Source of the DNA: Caecitellus pseudoparvulus
Taxonomy: Eukaryota > Protista > Bigyra: Bicosoecida
DNA: 64,000 nucleotides
Assembly (NCBI GenBank): GCA_965644315.1
Contig: CBFFRQ010000080.1
Span: forward strand, 248,001-312,000
Direction: 5' to 3'
The notes beneath the pieces were generated by a model. That model was not told the origin of the DNA, did no database searches, and saw nothing but the letters and a program-made list of their open reading frames with translations. Positions 47,801 through 60,701 of this stretch are shown piece by piece. A program made the position numbers and the translations under genes. Position 1 is the first letter of the stretch. The number at the start of each line of letters is the position of its first letter.

Positions 47801-50800
47801 TCACTCCGCCAGGCTGGCAGCCAGGGCGGCTGCCAAATCAGCATCTTCTTCCTCCTCTGCAGCATCAGCAGATGGGACGGCTTCCGCTGGCTGACTTGGT
47901 TCTCTTACAGGACTCCGCATGGCCTCACCAGCTTCAGCAGCGTCGGCAGCAGACTGCACCTTGCTGGCGGCGGCAGCCTTTGCAGCGGCACGGCGCTCAG
48001 CGATGAAGGCTTGAATGCGTGCCTTGAGCTCAGGAAGGGGCTCCAAATCACTGGCACTGAGGGGCTTGCGGTTGAAGGGGTCTTGGGGGTTGTCCAGGAG
48101 CGCGCGGGCGATGTGCTGCCTGTCCATGATGGTTCCGCTCGTTGGCAGTCGCACCGGCTCCTCCATCAACGTGTACATCATGGGGTCCAAGAACTCGTCT
48201 GGTGCGCCGTCTTCCAGATCCAACTCCTCCTCCTCTGCACGTTGCGTCGCAGCCAGGACCAGGGTAGGGATGACCGTCGAGCCCACTCCCTCCAAGACGC
48301 TGGGATCCTGGCCTGAGTCCATCAGCCACGTGCCCCGCTGCAGCACTGCCAACGCCTGCTGGAGGTACCCGATACCCTGGGCCCCGTCTCCGAAGTACCT
48401 AGACTCCCCCACAATCGCTTTGGCGAAGGGCCCTGCGGCTGGCTCGGCGGCGGCGTCCGATGAAGGCAGGCTCGCATTCTCAGCACGAAGCAGGTGCCAG
48501 TAGGCCTGCAGGGTCATGAACAGGGTAAGCCGTGGCTCGAAGCCCAGCTCTTGCATGTTGTCCACCTTCAAATTCTTGCGGTTGGGGCCTGCCAGCGCAG
48601 ACAAGAACGCGTTGAGCAATTGAGCTGTGCGGTTGCACAAGTGCTCACTGAGGCACACCATGCACACGGGAGCCTCCTGCGTGAGCTGCGCAAAGAGCTG
48701 CATGAAAGCTGCTGATAGGGACAAGAAGTACTTTGCCTGGGCTGCGGCTGCATGGAGCTGCTGCATCTTTTCTTGCCGCTCCTGAGGTGACGTGGTCTGC
48801 CACTGCGGGGACTGCCGCAGCAACTGCACCTCCCGAATTGCCTCCAGCTTCGAGAACGCCTCGTCATTCAGCGCGTAGTCAAGGTCGTTCAGCAACGCGT
48901 TGAGGAACATGACGCCCTTCGAAGATGTCTGAACAGCCTCCTCACTTTCAGCGGCCCCTGCTTCCCCAGCCTCGCCAGGGCCGTCGGAAGGAGGCGAAGC
49001 GGCGGTCGCATCCGCCGCTGCCCCTCCTCCGCTCGCGGACGAGGACGCGGCAGGGGTGAGCACACTGCTTCCCGCAGCTGCTGCGATCCACGCTGATAGC
49101 GAGGCCCTGTGCTCTGGCCACTGCCAGAGGAACCCCAGCACGTTGGAGGCAGGCTGACGGTACGTGAGCTTGTCGTAGAAGGCCGTGTGGCTGCCGGTGA
49201 AGCCGATGTCAATGAACAGTTGCGCGACTCCTGGTGCAAGCAACTTGCATGCCAGAGGATGACTGAGCACGACTTGCTGGTAAAAGTCCAACAGGCGCGC
49301 CCCCTTGCGCCGGCCCAGCTCGGTCCTCGCGGGGTCTTGCGGGGAAGGCGTGAAGAACACCAAAGCTGCCACGATGCTGGCACGCACGTACGGGTTGGTG
49401 ACGTGCACTCTCGAGTGCAGGCATGCCGTCAGAAATGTCAACATGTCGTTCCACACCGCAGTAGGCTGCGTCAACAACACCTGGGGCGAGTACACGCTGA
49501 AGGCCGCTTCCAGAAACCCCACGCAGCCCGTGACCAGCCACTCTGGCAGAGCAGCCACAGCAGAAGGTGGAAAAGGCAGGGGCAGTTGCACCGCGGCAAG
49601 GGAGAACGACGCCGCAGAGGCATCCGCACGAGGCCCTGTGACCAGCTCGGCCGGGTCGCTCAGGCAGCGCAGCAGCAGCGTGCCTTGTGCCCGGTAAAAC
49701 AGCAGCATGTCAGCCACGGTATCATCTCCCCCCACCAGTGCCTCCAAGCGCAGCAGCTCCAGCATGTCAGGGCGCACCTGCTCGTCGATTCGCTGCACCG
49801 ACACGGCCATAATCAACCCGCGCCCAGCGTGGCGCATGGCCCGCTGCCTGGCGTCCTTGGCTTGCCCCAGCCGCTTGCGAATTTGATTCATACGGTTTCG
49901 GGCTGCATGCCAACCCAGCACGAGGCATCGCCCAGCCATAAAAAAGAACTCGGTGGCCTTGCTGAAGGATGCTGCCTCAAGGGAGCGCGGCGACTCAGCT
50001 TCGTCAAGTGCGGGGGCAGCACCCCCACCTGCTTCTGCAATCAAAGCGCGCTGGGCTGCTTCTGACTGCTGCTGGCGCGCCAAGTTGCGCACGTCGGTCC
50101 ACTTGCCAGCGCCCCCCGCCAACTGGCACATGCGCTCTCCCGCAGACATATCCCAGCGGTCGCTGCCTCCAGCCTGCGGCAGCAGGGGAAACCTCGCGTC
50201 CAACTTTCGAAAGGCAGAGCTGGCTGGATCCAGGAAGGGGGCACACAGCTGCATCAGGCACCGTGAGACATGCACGAGCAGGGCAGTGCTGGACGTCTCA
50301 CTGCCGGCGGACAGCATGCCCAGTGAGTATGCGGACTGGTCCCGGCCGGCGTTGGCGTCGATGCACTGGCCAAGCCATTGCATAGTGGCTTCAGACGTCC
50401 CGCGTTTCTTCAGCAGCCCCTTCAGCAGTGCTGTGCCAGAGCTCACAGTGGAAGCAGAAGCAGCCCGAATGGAGTCATACGCACCGTCCACGGCTGCCAT
50501 CAACGGCTGTGGCCAGTGTCCATGCCGCCTCCCAGTGTACCCCGCGTGCAGCAACCCAGTGACAAGGTCCTCAGGTGGGGAGCCTGCCACGGCGTGCAAG
50601 AGCGGCGGCTGCGGGTTGGGCAGCCGGGTGAAGTCGTCATCCTCAGGGCCAGGTCCCAAGAGTCGCCCAAGAAACGTCTCCCTCTCAACTTGCCGGCCAG
50701 TAATGGAGCCGCCCTCCCCAGCTGAGGCAAGCCAGTGTTCACTCCCGGCAAGGGCTGCCTGCACTTCCTTGGTGGGCAGCAGTGTCGCGCAGGCCTGCAT

Positions 50801-51633
50801 CAGCGAAGTAATGGTGTGGGAGTGCGTCAGGCGGACCCGCTGAAAGCCAGGCGCAGCAGGGACCTCCGAAGGCGCCCCTGCAGCCTGCCCTGCGGGCCCC
50901 ATCATGCCCATGAATGCAGCTTGCAAGGCAGCATGGGCATCCCCCCCTGCAGGACCTGCGTCCCTCGCGTTGCCGTCCCCACTCTTGGGTGCGTGGCCGA
51001 TCCACGTGCCGGCTTGCTTGTACAGTGCGTTAAGAACGGGCGGAAATACAGCCGCGGCCTTTGAGCCATCTTCATCTGATGTGCGTATGTATGTGGACAG
51101 AGCCTGGATGAACGCCTGTGCGGGTGGGGTAGCGCCGGCAAGGGCTGTGGCGTGTTGGAGTTTCATGAAACGCTAGCAGTCCAACTTACCCCCATGTCCA
51201 CGTCGAATGCTGCGCCTGGCCCACAGTTCCGGAGCATCACAGCGCCCATGTCTGCATCTTCGGGGAGGTTGAACATGTCTGGGTCCGTCATGGCCAGCAC
51301 CACGTACGCCATGATGGCGTCTTGCAGCCCCCTGATCTGTGCTGCCACCTCCTCCTTCTCGCTGGCACTGGAAGGCAGGCGCATTTCCAAGCGCACGCTG
51401 GGCCGCGAAATACATGAACCGGCCCTCGCCCAGCGCTCGATGAGGAAGCTCAGAGGCTGGTTCTTCTCAGCTGCAGTCACGAACAACAGCCTGTCCACAA
51501 GCTCCTCATCGTCCAGGTTCTCCAGTGGCTCTCCACGCTCTTGCAACAGCGCACCGACGCAGGGCTCCTCGAAGGTGTGCCACAGCACGATTTCAGCCCA
51601 CGAGCCTCCTTTCTTGGGGCTCGCGCTTGCCAT
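47801..51633 (-). CDS. UFD2: Ubiquitin conjugation factor E4 (Ufd2/UBE4), U-box (intron 51116-51189)
   Basis: [38 protein letters not shown]-box [28 protein letters not shown]...DPFNRKPL. Confidence 0.92.
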
Positions 51634-52270
51634 TCCTGCGCGGCTATCTTGGACTCCTGCCACTTCCCGAGCGAGGTCGCACTACCTGTTGTGTCCGCGC
51701 TCCGCTCAGCAACGAGGACGCAGCCCTGGGCCGCTCTCAAAGTTGTTGAGCTCGAGAACAGAGAGGAGTTGCTGTGAGAATCCCGGGCCTATGGTGCGCG
51801 TGGTTTTAGTTTTAAATCAAAACCCTTGATGTGTTTCAACGGCTGTGGTCAATCTCAAGGCTAACTAGTGTACCCGAGGCCGACAGGCTCGGAGCAGGTC
51901 CTCACATACGGATACCTTTTGGCAATTGTCACATCTATTTGTCGCGAATTGCCCGATGTTGCCCACATCCCACTTGTTCTGCACATCCTCGCCACACGGC
52001 ACTCAAGTGTGTCGCCACTGGCCTCTCTCGCGGGCCAAACTTGAGCGTCCGCTCTGATCACTTCGACGTCAGCGACCTGTGCAGCTCAACACCCGGGTTC
52101 ACTTCACTGCTGTGTCCACCTCGGCTGGCATTTAGTTCAGGTGAGGCGTCTTGCGAAGACACTCCGCTCTGTAATCACTTTTGTGGCATGATCTTAACCT
52201 GGTGGCCTGCCTCTTCCTGTGCTCACAGAGTGCCTCAAAACTTGTGACGTGGGCGCGGAAATTGCTTCCG

Positions 52271-53987
52271 ATGGCTGCCTCTGCCTCGCCCCTGCAGCGC
52301 AAAAAGATTGCCGTCGTCGGCTCAGGACTGACTGGACTGGCAGCTGCCTGGATTCTGGGCGAAGATCACGATGTGACCCTACTGGAGCGCGCTCCGGCCC
52401 TTGGGATGGCAGCATACGGCGTGCCGATTCCCATGGCTGATGGCTCGGTGGCCAACATAGACGTCCCGCTGCGGGTGTTGACGACGTCGTACTACCACTT
52501 CCTCTTTGAGCTGTACAAGGATGCAGGCATTCCTGTGCATGGTGAGGACTATAGCATGTCCTTTTCACACCTCTCGAAGCACCCCAGTAGTTCTCATAGC
52601 CTAGGCGTCACGTACTGGCACAACACCCTCCTTCGTGTGCTCGGGTACTCCACACCCATTCCCAAGCTGAACAGTACAGAGGCAGTGAGTGCGACTGTGG
52701 CCTTTGCCCGACTTCTCCAGCTGTGCAAGACTGCTGCCGGCAACGCCAGCCTCTCCCGCGTCACGTTCGGGCAGTGGCTCGTGCAGAGCGGAGTGCCCCA
52801 GTGGGACCAGGACCACCTCATCCTGCCCCTCCTCTCCGTCATCCTTACTTGCGACCATGAAGATATCAAGCACTACCCTGCTAGCATTGTCATTGATTAC
52901 ATGGGCGCTGGCAGCGGTGAGTCAGTCCGGCGGGCCGTGGGTGGCTCCACCACAGTGTGTGAGCGCCTCGCGAAGCGGGCCACGGTGGAAACCAACGCCA
53001 AAATCGCCGCCATACGCCCCAAGGATGCCACTGGGCCTGTCACAGTGGTGCACGAAGATGGTCGTGAGCGCCAGTTTGACGCCGTGGTGCTGGCCACACA
53101 GGCCAACGTGGCAAGCAAGCTTCTTGGCAAGCACGCCGCGCCGGATCTGCGTGAAGCACTGGACTCCTTCAACTACTGCAAGACCCACGTGAGTCCAGGG
53201 AAGGAGCTGTGTTGCCCTGGCAATTCTCCACGCGTGCAACGCCCCACCTTCGCAGATCGTCTGCCACACCGACCCTGCCGTCATGCCAGCCTCCCGCAAA
53301 CATTGGCGGGTGGTCAGCTTCGGCGTGCAGCCCAGCCAGCCCCGCAGCATGGCCACCATCCACATGAATGCCCTCATCCCAGAGATGCGCATGCGACCCG
53401 AGCACGCGGCCTCCATCGCGCGCCGGTTCCGCGAAGACGCTTCCGCTGGCTTGCACGACTGGGACGCAGACGCACCGGACGAGGCAGTGTCTTCCCGCTG
53501 TGGCAGTGTTGCCCCAGGTGCTCTGGCAGCAGGCCAGCCCCATGTCAGTCTGCGGCAAGACGGCACCGTGGACGTCTTTCAAACGCTGAACCCATTGGTA
53601 CAGCCCCACCCCGACTCCGTTCTGTCCGAGTCCTGGGTGGACCGCCCCATCATGAATCTCAACAGCATCAGTGCCTTCGAAGCGATTGAGCGCAACCAAG
53701 GAGTGGGAGGGGTCTACATTTGTGGCAGCTATGCCGTGCACGGCATGCCCCTGCTAGAAGGCGCCGTGGAGAGTGCTGTGAAGGCTTGCCGGAGCCTCGG
53801 CGTGGAGGCTTCCTTCTGGAAGCGAGCCCTGCAGCAGCAGGCCGAGAGGCATCGCGCGCCGGCCCTTCACCTGCCTGGAGTTGGGTCAGTGCGCATGGCA
53901 GTGTGCCTACCAAGTTTGCAGGTACTGATTGTTCTCGTCCTAGCAGGCCTTGTAACTCTGGCTTGGTACGTCACGAACTGGGAGTGA
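52271..53987 (+). CDS. FAD/NAD-binding oxidoreductase (COG2907 / amine-oxidase-like) with C-terminal TM (intron 53189-53255; 5'UTR intron about 52141-52228)
   Basis: IAVVGSGLTGLAAAWIL...VTLLER, FDAVVLATQA, VCHTDPAVMP, QGVGGVYICGSY...LLEGAVESA, and a hydrophobic C-terminus. Confidence 0.8.
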
Positions 53988-54017
53988 ATGCATGCGCAGT
54001 CTTGCAGCACCGCCGCC

Positions 54018-56578
54018 TCACCCGAAACCAGCCAGGACACTGTCCAAGCTCGCCTTCTTCGTCTTCTTCGCCTTTCTTGACTGCTTCTTCTTTGCCGCGG
54101 GGGCGAGTGCTGCGGACAGTTCGCTGAGCGTGCTGGCGGTAGCGACTGCACGGGCAGAGATGCCAGGCGTCGCAGGCAGAGCTGCGTCGGCAGTACCGCC
54201 GAGAATGCTGCCTAGGCCACTCTCCGTGGGTGCAACACTAGCGACAGGTGGAGTGGCAGCTTGGCGTCTGGCCTGACGGGCCTCAAACGCGGCTTCCGCC
54301 TCTTCCAGCCCTTCCCCAAGGTCTTGGCTTGAGCTAGCCCCCAGAAGGCAGGCCAGAACTTCCCCAGCAGCATCGTCCTCGACCCAGCCATCTTGGCGAG
54401 TGGAGTCATGTGGAGCACTTGACAATTTCGCGAGCAGGGCAACCTCAGTTTCAAGCTCACGCTGCATGTCTCGCAGCTGAGGCAGGAGGTAAGACCAGTC
54501 TGCGGAGGATGTTCCCAACCCGTCAGCGGTGGCAGCCGCTTGCAGGGCCGCATTTACTGCAGCCAGGGAACAGCGCGGCTCATCCACCATGCGCATGGAC
54601 TGACTGACTCGCAGCAGGGACTTGAGGGCGTGCTGCACGAGCTTCGCGTCGCCGCCCAGGGCCCGCCAGCTCGTTGGCGGCAGGTCGGCCAGTGCACCAG
54701 GAAGAGTGGCTAGGCTGATCTTGCCTTGCCAAGCCCACGGGAGAACCAGGGCACCAGTGGGGGACAGCCCACCACCGCTCTTCTGAACCCAGGAGCTGAG
54801 CGGCGTTCTCCCATCGGCTACACGCAGCAGGCAAGCCAAGCTCGCTGCTCCAGCAGCTGCGCAGCGAAGGCACGCTTCAGAGGAGCTTTGCGGCGCGTCC
54901 GCAGAGGCACCGACAGCATCGGTGCGCTTGGCAGCCAAAGCCTTGGCTTCTGCCTCAGCGTCGGCCTCCTCAAACATGGGCCTGGGGGTCGGGGGCGCAG
55001 CGGCAGCCGTCTCCCGCCCTCGCAACCAGCGACCCATGCGCAAGAACACTGCGGCGACGTTGCTGCAGAGGACCCCCTGTGCAGTCAAGGCCATCTTCGC
55101 GACATCACTCTGCTCAGGTGTCGCGGTCAATGCAGCGGAGTGCGCGTCGGCAGCGGCGGCAAGAGCAGCAGCATAGTGCTTCAGAGCAGTGGCGCCCTTG
55201 CCGTCCTTGTATGCCGCGTTGCCTTGGAGCTTCCCTGCTTCACAGGCCGTCAAGGCATCAAGTGCTCGACTGTCTTCTGTTGCATGCAGCTGCTGGTCTT
55301 GTGGTGGCGAGGCGAGCTGGCTGGCGGGCGTCTGCTTCGCAGCTCCACCTGACGCGTGCAGTGATGCCGCCGGCGTACTGCCTGCCGTGTATCCCCCCGC
55401 CCCGACGCTTGGCGCAACGAAGCGTGAAAAGTCTGCATGGAGCTTGGCTGCCAGCTCTCGAATGGCTCGAGCCACCTCTGCGTCCCCCCCCTCCACAGCT
55501 GCCAGGTGCACGTCTGCCTGCGGCACAGCAGCCGTGTCCCCCTCGCTGGGCTCCTTGCCTGCCCAGGCGGCAAAGGCATCCACGAGCGCCTGGCTCACCT
55601 GCAACGTGCCATCTGCAGTGTGCAGCTTGCGAGCCCAGGAAAGCCAGAAAGCTAGCAGCTGCAGGCAGTACAACGACGTGCCCCGGTTTGCGTTGTCGGC
55701 ATTGGCGAGGCAGGCTGCGACAAGCGTGTCCGAAGGCGAGGCGCCAGTCGCTGCTGAAGAGCCCTGGCCCAGACTCAGCATGCAGCGGTGCAATTGTTTG
55801 CTCTCTTCGTCCTGGGGAGGTGTAAACCAATCGAATCCAGGGTGGGCGGTGGCCTGAGGAGCAAGCAAAGCAGGGCATATGGCAGCTCCGCACAGACGGG
55901 AGCTGGGGGCGTGCCGCGTACCTGCAGCAGGGTGTCAACCGCTTGAGCCCGGAGCTGCTCATTCTCGTCAGTGAACAGGGAGACGAGGGACCTCCCTCCC
56001 CCCGCTCCGAGAAACGCTGCCATCAGCGGCCATGCGTGCATGTGCACAAGGTACATGACGCCCATCATCGCAATCTGCAGTTGACGCTGGGGGTTCTCCG
56101 CAGGCATGCTCGGAGGGAGACGGGCAAGGATTTTAACGAAAAAGGGCATGTCCTGTTCTTGAGGAAAGAACATGACGCGTCGGAGCTGCGGGGAGGCGGG
56201 CAAGTGCAGGCATGCTTCGAGCGTTTTGGAGGCGTTTCGGTGCTGGTGCTCACCTCCTCAGGAGACGTCTCCCGCTTCATAACGACGGAGAAGGCACGGG
56301 TGCGCGGGTTCTCAAATTCCTTGTCAAGTCGCTGTGGACAAGAACGACTGCATGCTCCCATGGTCACCCCGGTGGCCACAGGCGGCCTGCACGCACCGAT
56401 GAAATGGCGTCGGCCAAACTCGTGCCGCCCTGCATGCGAAGCGAGGTGTACTGATCAGGGTTTGCCAGAGAAGCGACTTGCAGGGCAGGCGCACCTCTAC
56501 CAGGGCCTCTTGGGGGAGGGCTTGATGCACTTGGTGGCGAAGGGCACTGTACCGTTGAGCCAATGCAGAGCTCTCCAT
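54018..56578 (-). CDS. ARM-like plus TPR-containing hypothetical protein (about 4 introns)
   Basis: Exons join in frame (MESSALAQRY.../GGTSLADAISS/RLDKEFENPR.../LRRVMFFP.../ATAHPGFDWF). TPR: GKLQGNAAYKDGKGATALKHYAAAL...LCSNVAAVFLRMGRW. Confidence 0.6.
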
Positions 56579-56784
56579 GCTGACGCCGCCTTTGTCGGTT
56601 GCAGGCCTGAACAAAGGGATGGGAAAATTCACCCAAATCGTGACCAGGTCAAATCGAACTCACTGTCCTTCAGTCGGGAAGGGAGTTTGTGCTTGCGTGT
56701 CGTGAGCACATTGGCTGCAAGCGTGGCAGAGTAAATGGCTGAGGGGGGGGAGTGGCCGTCGGTTCGCAAGCTGGAGTGTGCGAC

Positions 56785-59134
56785 ATGGAGGCTACAAGCG
56801 AGCCCAAGACACCTGCTGCAAGTGCTGCACGACAGGGTGGGGGCGCCACTTTGCAGCAGTCTATTGACATGCTCGAGTCGGCCAGAACCACAAGCCACTT
56901 GGCGCTGCGCCAGCTTGAGAGACTGGAGAAGGTGCTTTCCCGGCCCCGCAGCGACTCTGAGAGAGACAGGGCTCAGTTGCTGCGTGGAATACGGGCATCA
57001 CTCCATGCTATTCGTGCGCTGTGTGAGGATGCGGGGACTGCCGTTGAAAGCGCGCAAGCGGTGAGTATCAATGGCTCGCATTGGCGTTACCAGCGAAACG
57101 CCATTCAGCGTTGTGTTGGCTTCTCTCTTGCAGAGGGCGGCTCCCGCTGCTGAGGAAGCGCCAGACTTCAAGCATCTGCTTGAAGATCTAGTCAAAGTTG
57201 TCTCTATTCAACGTGACAGCTTGAGTGACGCAGTTCAGTCCCGGACCGTGTCCGAGGCAGCACTGGTGCGGCTGCGACCCCTTGTCTGCCAGCGACGCTG
57301 CTTGGCACGCTCGCCACTGCGGATTTCGCAGGCAAACTTACGTCAAGAGCATAAAGAGCTAAAGGAGGACCATGCTCGCGTCTGCCGCGAGAAGGATGCC
57401 CTCTTGGCGACAGCTTCTGCACCGTGCACCAGGTGTGCGGAGCGTGCCGAGCATGCACCGGTTGCAGCTTCACCAGTGCAAGCCCCGGAAGCCCGAGCCG
57501 AAGGGGGCGAAGCTCTTCTTGCTCGGCGCGAGCTTGAGTGGAGCGAGCGGTACGCTGCGCTGCGCGCACGTTGCATCGCATTGTCGGCTGAGGCGCGTTC
57601 GAGCGCCGCGGCGGCACGGCGGGCAACAGAATCTGCCGCCAACTTCCAGAAGATGTGCGCAGCATACGAACAGACAATCGCCAGTTTGCTAGGGCATTCC
57701 GTCCAGCCCTGCACCCCGCCGGGCGGTTCCAACCCGACACCTGCAGCCGAGCCGCCCGGTGCACCTGACACCAGCGGGAGCTCGTCTGGCAGTGACTGCA
57801 GCCCACCAAGGGATATACCCGCAGAACCTGCACTTAACGTCGAACCAAGCACTCAAAGTGGGCATGTGGGGCAAGAGAGTGGCAAGGATTTCCCGCCAAG
57901 TGCATCTGCAGTCACAGCATTTCATCCCTCCCCCGTTGACGTGGAGTGCTTCTCCGCTCACCACCCGACGAGGCAAGGGGCGGCACCAACTGCAGGCACA
58001 GGTCGTCGACCACCCAGGCACGAGGATTTCACGCCCACACCAGGGCAGAAAGGCAAGGGCTTGGGTCCTTGGGACGCGCCCCACGCAGACGATGTCAGTG
58101 CCAGTGACAGTGACAGTGGGAGCGGGAGTGAGGAGGCAAGCAGTGACGAAGACGGCAGCGCATCCCCTCTGGAAAACTTCACCTCAAGCTCGGACAGCGA
58201 AGGCAGTATGGGTGAGTCGCCCCCCCCAGCGACCTTGGGCGGGGAGCGCTCTCACGTTCCGCCCCTCGAGAAACGGCTGTCAGGGGCACCACGGGAATCT
58301 CTCTCGCCAAAGCAGCCTTCTAGAGACAGCTCTCCACGCAGTAGCTCAAGCCTCGCCCGAGAATACCTCGGCGCGGCGGCTACAGACGATTGGTTCGGTC
58401 CAGGGGTGCAGCAGGCGGTCGGGGAGGGGTGGGCCGCCAGCCCCCGGCAGAGTGCGCGCCGAGTGAGGGGTGCGGGGGGCATGGCGGGCTCCCCGTCGCC
58501 CCACACCTCGGCGACTCCCTCCCCACAGTCCACTCCAGATACTCACGACCTTAGGTGTGCTGTTGCAGAGGGTGAGCAGGAGGTGGTCTCGGATGACGAG
58601 TTCGCTTATGAGCGCGAAGCCCTTGGAGAGTACTCGGCGTACAGGGCGCAGGAAGCCTCCAAGCACGCTGAACAGCAGGGCGTGAGCGAAAAAAGAGTTT
58701 TTGAGGTGGTCGAAGGGGGCAGTGATCACAGTGGCGAGCTGGAGCTGAGCTTTCATGCTGCATCCTCCACGTCAAGCCTAGCTGCCAGCGACGCTGGTAC
58801 GCCGCCCCCGACTTGGCGAGTACTCAGTGACAGGGACCGGCAGTACTCCCCGCTTCAGATTGGCATGCCTTCTTCGGAAACTGGGGACGCAGTTGGGCGG
58901 CGCGCCACGGCTGGGGAGCCAAGGAAGCTGGAGATCCAGGCAGAGAAGCCCGGACGTGTGCAACACCGCGCGGCCGAGGGAAGGCAACGCGAGGGCGGCA
59001 CGAAGGTTTACAGTACGCGACAGGGACACTTTGAGCAGAGGGCACTGAGAATTCCAAGTGTCGTGACACTGGTAGGTTCAGTGGAAGACATGGCCCTGCA
59101 GCGGGCGCGGCAGCCAGGCACGCATTCGCGTTGA
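56785..59134 (+). CDS. Hypothetical coiled-coil / low-complexity protein (intron about 57061-57133)
   Basis: Long ORFs joined by GTGAGT...TTGCAG, heptad-like N-terminal half, S/P/E-rich C-terminal half. Confidence 0.55.
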
Positions 59135-59474
59135 ATGCCCAGTGACCAGCCCCCTTCTTCATAGTTGCACAGCCCTGCTCCTGGGCACTATGAGAATGCA
59201 AATTTGCGTACCCGCGTGCTGTCTCCCTCTCACCGGCCCCCAGCGGCAGCTTCCTGCGTCAGAAGAAGCGAGCTCACTGAGCAAGCTCTGGACCCGACCG
59301 CGGAAATTGGAGCCACGCCACGCCAGCTCCTGTGCTCGGCTTGCATGCCCCACGGATGCGCAGGCACTGGCCACGAGGCAGTCTGAGCATCTTTCTGACG
59401 TGCTTTAGCAGGTGCTGACTAGCAGCCCCTGCATTCCGCCGCCTACCTGTTCCCAGCAGCGTTCGGGCACAGGC

Positions 59475-60671
59475 ATGTCTGCCTCGGCCAGTTCCCGTGA
59501 TGCCGACCGCGGGCACGCGTACACCCAAGTTCTGGCGTCTGTTCTGGAGCGCCTAGTGGCGAGCAACGATGCTTCAGGGCAGCAGGTGGAGGTGACGCGG
59601 TTTCATGCCTTGCGGGCCCCTGGCATCAGCATTCGCGACTACCTTGACAGGTAAGACAAGTGCTGTCACCACGAGCGGCGTTGCTGCAGCTCCAGCGGCC
59701 AGCTTTGCGGAGCCTGCCTCCGCCCACGATGCAGGCAACTCTCTGGTGCCTTTGCAATGTCTTGGCCACGCCTCCCCGCTGCGCTGCGCTGCTCAGGATC
59801 TTGAAGTATGCTGCCTGCAGCCCCGAGTGCTTCGTGCTGGCCCTGGTCTACATCGACAGGCTGATCCAGCAACACAACCTGGTGCTGTCTTCCTTCAACG
59901 TGCACCGAGTGATCATCACAAGGTATGTCCTGTGTCGCTGGGCTGCCTGGGCGGCAATGCTCCGATGCTGCCGTCCTTTTCCGCCAGCTGGGGGCTGTCA
60001 GGTGCACTGCACTTGCCAGCATCTCGCGCTCCACACTCTTGCACCGAAGACCTGCGCCACGCCCCTGCACAGTGTCATGTTAGCTGCAAAGTTCTTTGAC
60101 GATCACTACTACAACAATGCCTTCTATGCCAGGGTATGTCGTGCGATGCGCGCACTGCGCCTCCTCGCGGCTGAGTGGACCTGAACCCCACCACTGCTCC
60201 CTGCGCTCTCAGGTGGGAGGCGTGCACTGCCATGAAATCAACACGCTGGAGCTGGAGTTCTTGTTTTCCGTGAACTTCACACTGCACGTCACGTCCGACG
60301 AGTTCACTCGGTATCACACAGAGCTGGTGCACCACCTCCAGGCACTGAACCCGCCCAACTCCTTGCGCGTGGCTGCCGAAGCGGGCAGTGTGCCAGCCCA
60401 CCTCTTGGAGGATGGCTCTGCAGGGGCTGCAGTGCCCATGGCTGCCGTGGCCTCTGGCTCGCAGGGCAAAGAGGGCGATCCTGAGGACGCGGACGTGGAG
60501 TTGATGGGGCGAGGGCAGGGGGCCGGGCGCACCCTGCAGCAGGTGGAAGCGCAGCATGCAGCTGCCTTGCCTGTTCACGGCGCCGCCACAGGCGCGCCGC
60601 TGGCCGCCACAGGTGTGCCGCTGGCCGCTGCAGGAGGGTACGGCGGCGGCTATGCCACGACCATGGCATAG
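59475..60671 (+). CDS. U/P-type (PHO80-like) cyclin (3 introns)
   Basis: [87 protein letters not shown]. Confidence 0.9.
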
Positions 60672-60701
60672 CGTGTGCTCTTTCGTCGTCAGCACTTGAG
60701 C

